Positions 59,970-64,000 of a stretch of DNA of 64,000 nucleotides are shown in pieces. Position numbers and translations under genes: made by a program. Source of the DNA: Candidatus Cloacimonadota bacterium. Its GTDB lineage: Bacteria > Cloacimonadota > Cloacimonadia > Cloacimonadales > WRIO01. Position 1 is the stretch's first letter. Each line of letters starts with the position of its first letter. The DNA is taken from NCBI GenBank assembly GCA_029553545.1, contig JAKPKU010000170.1, positions 4,621-68,620 of the forward strand, in the 5' to 3' direction. The notes under the pieces are model-generated. The model was not told where the DNA came from and made no database searches. It worked only from the letters and a program-made list of their open reading frames with translations.

Positions 59970-62168
59970 TTACTTTAGTATCATCATTTTCCCTGAGATA
60001 ATCTCCTGATCAGAATCAGCCCTGTAAAGGTATAGACCACTTGATACTGCCTTACCGTTCATATCTTTTTTATCCCAGATAAACTCAATGCCATTCCCTT
60101 GTTTTGCTTCATTACCTAATTTATTGACTAATTGTCCTTTTATGTTATAGACAGAGATGTTTTTGACTTTGGTATTGTTAGTAACTGAAAATTTTACAAG
60201 GTCTGACCTGCATGGATTAGGATAGACAGAGATGGTTGATGGTTTTACAAGTGTCTGATCATCAGTTGATACAGTATAATCAAAACTGTAGAGATTGATT
60301 CCGGAAGAAGAACTGCTTATCATTTTGTTAAGATCCGGGTAGTAATAATCACTTGATGCTACTCTGGATTCAAACACACCAATTTCATTTAATGCCCCGT
60401 TTCCTACGTAATAAATATTTCGTGACGAGGAGTTATAATTGTATATACTTAGTATTTCATTATACAATGTCAATAGGGCATCTGAGTATTGATAGTTAGC
60501 AGAAAAAGTGGGGGTTAGATTGTTATTATTTATATTAAAAATCTTTAGGTATCTATATCGGTCACTCAAAGCTATATAATCCTGATTGATAGGAATCACA
60601 CTATGAGTCCCATAATTATTTGGAACCTGAACAGGGTAGGAAAAAAGAATATTTTCAGGGGCATTGATATCTCTGAAGCATAAATACCCATTATTATAAG
60701 TATAAATATATTCATTACTTAAGTAACCAGAGCTTAATTGTTGAGATCCATTGAATGTGCAGTAATATTCGATATCGTTTCCTGTTATCCGATAAACCCT
60801 GGTAATGAAATTCTGCCCTGTATAACAATCAAAATAAATATAATCACCAATAATATCAAACCATGAGGGAGGGTATGTGTCAAATGTAATGGTATTAATT
60901 AATTGTAACTGATTTTCTGAAAAGCCATAAATCTCCAAAAATGTCTGCCCGTTAATTTTTAGTCTGACATATAATTTCCCTTCATAAACATCAATGTTTA
61001 AAAATCTTTCAACTCCTTCTTTATAAATAGAATAATGCATGTTATCGAAAATGGAGTAAAAGTTTAGGTATTTATTGATCGGATCGTATGTCATTGCATA
61101 ATTATCCTTATAAGCAGAATATAAGTAATGAATCCCATACTTTCTTACGCATTGGATGTTATCTTCTATTTGATATTGAGCCAAAAAATGATCATTATTA
61201 CTGTATAAGTAAGGATAATTAAGACAGAATGTCCCATACTGTATATTGCCTGTATTTTGTTCCTGATAAACAAGAGTAGAATTTTGAATATCATAGACTT
61301 TTATCTGAGAATTTATATCTGCTGTAAAAAGCTTATTATTAATCAGTAATGCATCGGTATAGTAAAACCAGTAAGATGGAGTAGAATTATGTAGTGTATA
61401 AATTGTATGCAGATTTGATATATTATGAATATCAAATACCTTGATGTAATCAAAACCTAAAACATATAGCAAATTATCTTTATGTTTTAAATAGACTATA
61501 TCAAGCTCTTCGTTATCTGATAATACTTCCTCGTGAAAGAAACCATTCGGATAATTTATATTCTCCTGATTCAAATTGAAAAAACGAAGACTATAGATTT
61601 CGTTATTCCCGTTATTTATACTACCATATAAAATCAATACAGAATCCACAACCGTAAAGATGCCATAAATATTTTGATGTTCCCCTTCGTAGTCTAATGT
61701 AAATCTGTTTAGTTTTCTGATTTTTTCATGTTCATTGTCTGACAATAAAATATAATGCTTGTATATGGCTTTAGTCATTGAATACCATCTGTTGATTTCT
61801 GTATCAATAGTGCCAACAAATCTCATGGGGCTGACAGAAATATCTATGACTGACATTAAGTAACTATTGTCATCCCTCTCAAAGTAATAAAGGGAATCAC
61901 CTTCAATAAATGAAGTAACTCCAGTTAATTGACCCTTTTCCAGAAAACTGATTCTCTCCAGATTACCGTCAGACATTATATTATATTCTTCAATCTTTCC
62001 TTTATTTTCAACATATAAATGGTTGTTATGCATGTTAACGGCACCATTGTATGAATCATAATCTACGATATGCCGATCAAGACGGATATTGCTTATTTGT
62101 GTAATTTCTGCAGATAATGAGATAATAAATAGAAATATCCAAGCGACACCTATTATGATTTGTTTCAT
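59970..62168 (-). CDS. Secreted beta-rich protein with FlgD-Ig/T9SS-like CTD, cassette copy A
   Basis: AAGGAG RBS, signal peptide, paralogous to 57425-59614, near-identical C-terminus. Confidence 0.85.
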   Translation of the reverse strand: MKQIIIGVAWIFLFIISLSAEITQISNIRLDRHIVDYDSYNGAVNMHNNHLYVENKGKIEEYNIMSDGNLERISFLEKGQLTGVTSFIEGDSLYYFERDDNSYLMSVIDISVSPMRFVGTIDTEINRWYSMTKAIYKHYILLSDNEHEKIRKLNRFTLDYEGEHQNIYGIFTVVDSVLILYGSINNGNNEIYSLRFFNLNQENINYPNGFFHEEVLSDNEELDIVYLKHKDNLLYVLGFDYIKVFDIHNISNLHTIYTLHNSTPSYWFYYTDALLINNKLFTADINSQIKVYDIQNSTLVYQEQNTGNIQYGTFCLNYPYLYSNNDHFLAQYQIEDNIQCVRKYGIHYLYSAYKDNYAMTYDPINKYLNFYSIFDNMHYSIYKEGVERFLNIDVYEGKLYVRLKINGQTFLEIYGFSENQLQLINTITFDTYPPSWFDIIGDYIYFDCYTGQNFITRVYRITGNDIEYYCTFNGSQQLSSGYLSNEYIYTYNNGYLCFRDINAPENILFSYPVQVPNNYGTHSVIPINQDYIALSDRYRYLKIFNINNNNLTPTFSANYQYSDALLTLYNEILSIYNYNSSSRNIYYVGNGALNEIGVFESRVASSDYYYPDLNKMISSSSSGINLYSFDYTVSTDDQTLVKPSTISVYPNPCRSDLVKFSVTNNTKVKNISVYNIKGQLVNKLGNEAKQGNGIEFIWDKKDMNGKAVSSGLYLYRADSDQEIISGKMMILK

Positions 62169-62182
62169 GAATTACTCCTTAT

Positions 62183-62211
62183 AAAAAGGCGGCCAGATTT
62201 ATCTGGCCGCC
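62183..62211 (-). terminator. Intrinsic terminator between small and large cassette genes
   Basis: Minus strand ggcggccagat-aa-atctggccgcc-ttttt. Confidence 0.75.
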
Positions 62212-62218
62212 GATTTTG

Positions 62219-62611
62219 TTAGAATTCTCGGTCTATGTAAAAATCAAAACGATTTACATTTTGAACAGATTCTGTTCTTGAAATTCCATGACATGTTACT
62301 GTAACATTAGAATAGTCAGCAGGGTTATAGTAAGCTGAAACAGGTGTTGTATAAAATCCATCTGATCCGCTTGCTAATGTTTCTATAACATCTAAGGAAC
62401 TATTAGTTCGGTGTTCGATTACAACAACCACTGCTTCTCCGCTTTTAGCTCTCCATTGTGGGATGCTGGAATGATTTGGGTAATAGGATTGATATACATA
62501 ACCACGGATTTGACCAGGGATATCTCTTGAAGTCTGTACTGTGACTGTATCTGCACTAAGTAAGCATATTGCAAATACAACGATCATAAGGGTAATAAGT
62601 GACTTTTTCAT
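62219..62611 (-). CDS. Small secreted protein, 130 aa, possibly prealbumin-like beta-sandwich
   Basis: GGAGG RBS, signal peptide, GQIRGYV...SDGFY pattern. Confidence 0.75.
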   Translation of the reverse strand: MKKSLITLMIVVFAICLLSADTVTVQTSRDIPGQIRGYVYQSYYPNHSSIPQWRAKSGEAVVVVIEHRTNSSLDVIETLASGSDGFYTTPVSAYYNPADYSNVTVTCHGISRTESVQNVNRFDFYIDREF

Positions 62612-62687
62612 TATTCCTCCATTTATAATTTTTTGTTTAAAGAAAGTTTTGGGTAAAATGAAAGCTAAGTAAATTTATTATGCGTTC

Positions 62688-62756
62688 CTATAAATAAATT
62701 ACTTCTAAACGAGCTGATCCCGTATAGTATAGTATAGTATAGTATAGTATAACCAT
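62688..62756 (-). CDS. Putative leader peptide MVILYYTILYYTGSARLEVIYL
   Basis: AAGGAG RBS 6 nt before ATG; RBS and ATG conserved in the other cassette copy. Confidence 0.45.
   Translation of the reverse strand: MVILYYTILYYTGSARLEVIYL
62722..62751. repeat. (GTATA)6 simple sequence repeat
   Basis: Directly visible. Confidence 0.9.
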
Positions 62757-63130
62757 GATTATCTCCTTAATCATCACCACTATTTCAAGTTATTGTCTAT
62801 CCAGTAGACAACTGTGCTAATAATACATTGGCAAGCAAAGCTGTCAAGAAATATTTTAAATGAATAACATTTTATTGTAATTAAATATATTATTATGTGA
62901 TTTATGCTTTATAATCTAAGAACTTTGAATTAGAAAACAGACAATAAGATGGAATTGCATAAAAAGTTAAAACAACATTTAAAAATGACAGCTTAAAAGT
63001 TGCCTCATTTTCCTATTAAAGAGGGTACAATAAAACACAAAAACGCCTGATATCAGGTCTGTTTTCCCTTCTTTTTATTCATTATCTATTCAATCTTGTA
63101 TATGACTATTTTTCAGATATATCCCTTTGT

Positions 63131-63214
63131 GACTCCCCTTACATTCCCCTTGCTATCTTGGAGAATCAAAGAAATTCTTATAGGAACCTAAAGGGAATGT
63201 AAAGGAGATTTATT
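63131..63214 (+). repeat. Dispersed hairpin repeat family P, full copy (imperfect ~18-bp terminal inverted arms)
   Basis: ctccccttacattcccctt ... aaagggaatgtaaaggag. Confidence 0.85.
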
Positions 63215-63306
63215 TTGAATATTTAAGGTATAGAAAAAATATGTAAACTTTTAGTAATGAAATGATGATTGTTAAATTTGTAATTTGAAGATTATGCAAC
63301 AGCCTC

Positions 63307-63429
63307 AAGGTGTGTTGTCTTATGTTGTGTTAAAAAAACCACCTCCAAACCCGCTTGTAGTAGGCGTCTGCTAATTTGGTTGAAAATAGTTTTCAAAAAA
63401 CTCCATTTTGTAAGCCCTATATATAGAGG
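63307..63429 (+). repeat. Dispersed element family Q, full copy
   Basis: aaggtgtgttgt prefix as at 12236; core aligns with 12606-12704. Confidence 0.85.
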
Positions 63430-63581
63430 ACGATGTTTTTATTTAAGATTCTGCTTTATTCTTTACAAGTTGTTTTGAATTACTGTGTAACAGTCTCATC
63501 TCGTGTTGTTAAATAAATCTAAAGAAAAAAAATGTTGACTTAAAAGAGTTGTTTGTAAAAAATGATTAAGAAGGATGGTTT

Positions 63582-64000
63582 ATGCAAAAGATAAGTATAA
63601 AAGATTATAAGAATTTGAAAAGCTTGACGCAAAAGAAGTACAGAAAGCTCTATAGAAAGCTAATTGTCGAGGGTGAGAATACTATTTTTCAGTTGCTTGA
63701 CAACGACAAATCATTTGATGCAATCTATATTACAGAAGCTTATGCAAAAAACCACTACCGATATTTAGAAAAACATATCACTAAAAGTGAAATAAAAGAG
63801 CGAATTAGGCTAATTGATGAAGCCAAAATAAAAGAAGTCACAGACACTGAAAACCCACAAGATATCATTGCTTGCGTTAGCTTTGAGCCCACACCAATAA
63901 ATGAGAATGGGACTCTTCTATATTTAGATGGCATACAGGATCCTGGCAATATGGGTACTATTTTGCGAACAGCCTTGGCTGCGGGCATTGATGGCGTATT
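63582..64000 (+). CDS. TrmH/SpoU family RNA methyltransferase (3' truncated by window)
   Basis: Own translation: MQKISIK...LIVEGE...NPQDIIA...LDGIQDPGNMGTILRTA.AAG. Confidence 0.88.
   Translation, partial: MQKISIKDYKNLKSLTQKKYRKLYRKLIVEGENTIFQLLDNDKSFDAIYITEAYAKNHYRYLEKHITKSEIKERIRLIDEAKIKEVTDTENPQDIIACVSFEPTPINENGTLLYLDGIQDPGNMGTILRTALAAGIDGV

Noticed and set aside
57425..62168. Diversity-generating retroelement template/variable repeat pair
   Set aside because: No reverse transcriptase in the window, differences are not adenine-specific, and both copies are coding.
63755..63988. Minus-strand 77-aa ORF and the many similar short antisense ORFs in the track
   Set aside because: Shadows of well-supported genes on the opposite strand or in another frame.

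Overview
AT-rich bacterial chromosomal window. The YPNP..F..IYNIKGQ.V FlgD-Ig/T9SS-like C-terminal domains suggest Candidatus Cloacimonadota; this is an inference, not a database result. Most of it is housekeeping: thrS, kdsD-like, htpG (with a CIRCE-like operator), an EF-G paralogue, yebC-ruvC-ruvA-rsmB, gyrB-gyrA, aspS, rfbD, cobB, mtaB, lon, ptrB, asd, a DEAD-box helicase and rpmB. There is also a glycan-uptake cluster (SBP-permease fusion, a permease with a repeat insert, GH38, GH20). Two accessory regions stand out. (1) 9.6-12.7 kb: a REP-associated HUH/Y1 transposase (RAYT) bracketed by 93-bp inverted, internally branched hairpin elements. Beyond it lie a 2x89-bp repeat with a co-varying REP hairpin, a four-unit CCTAACC + GAA-triloop hairpin array, a 4x~85-bp tandem repeat and a ~100-bp element that recurs at 57.3 and 63.3 kb. 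(2) 57.2-63.4 kb, between those two copies: a tandemly duplicated two-gene cassette (small secreted protein plus ~730-aa CTD-bearing protein). The two large genes have divergent bodies but near-identical C-termini. Each cassette has a leader ORF built on a (TATAC)n repeat. In one copy an apparent microhomology deletion fused the leader to the small gene, and the intergenic terminator is also missing. No rRNA, tRNA or CRISPR array was recognised.
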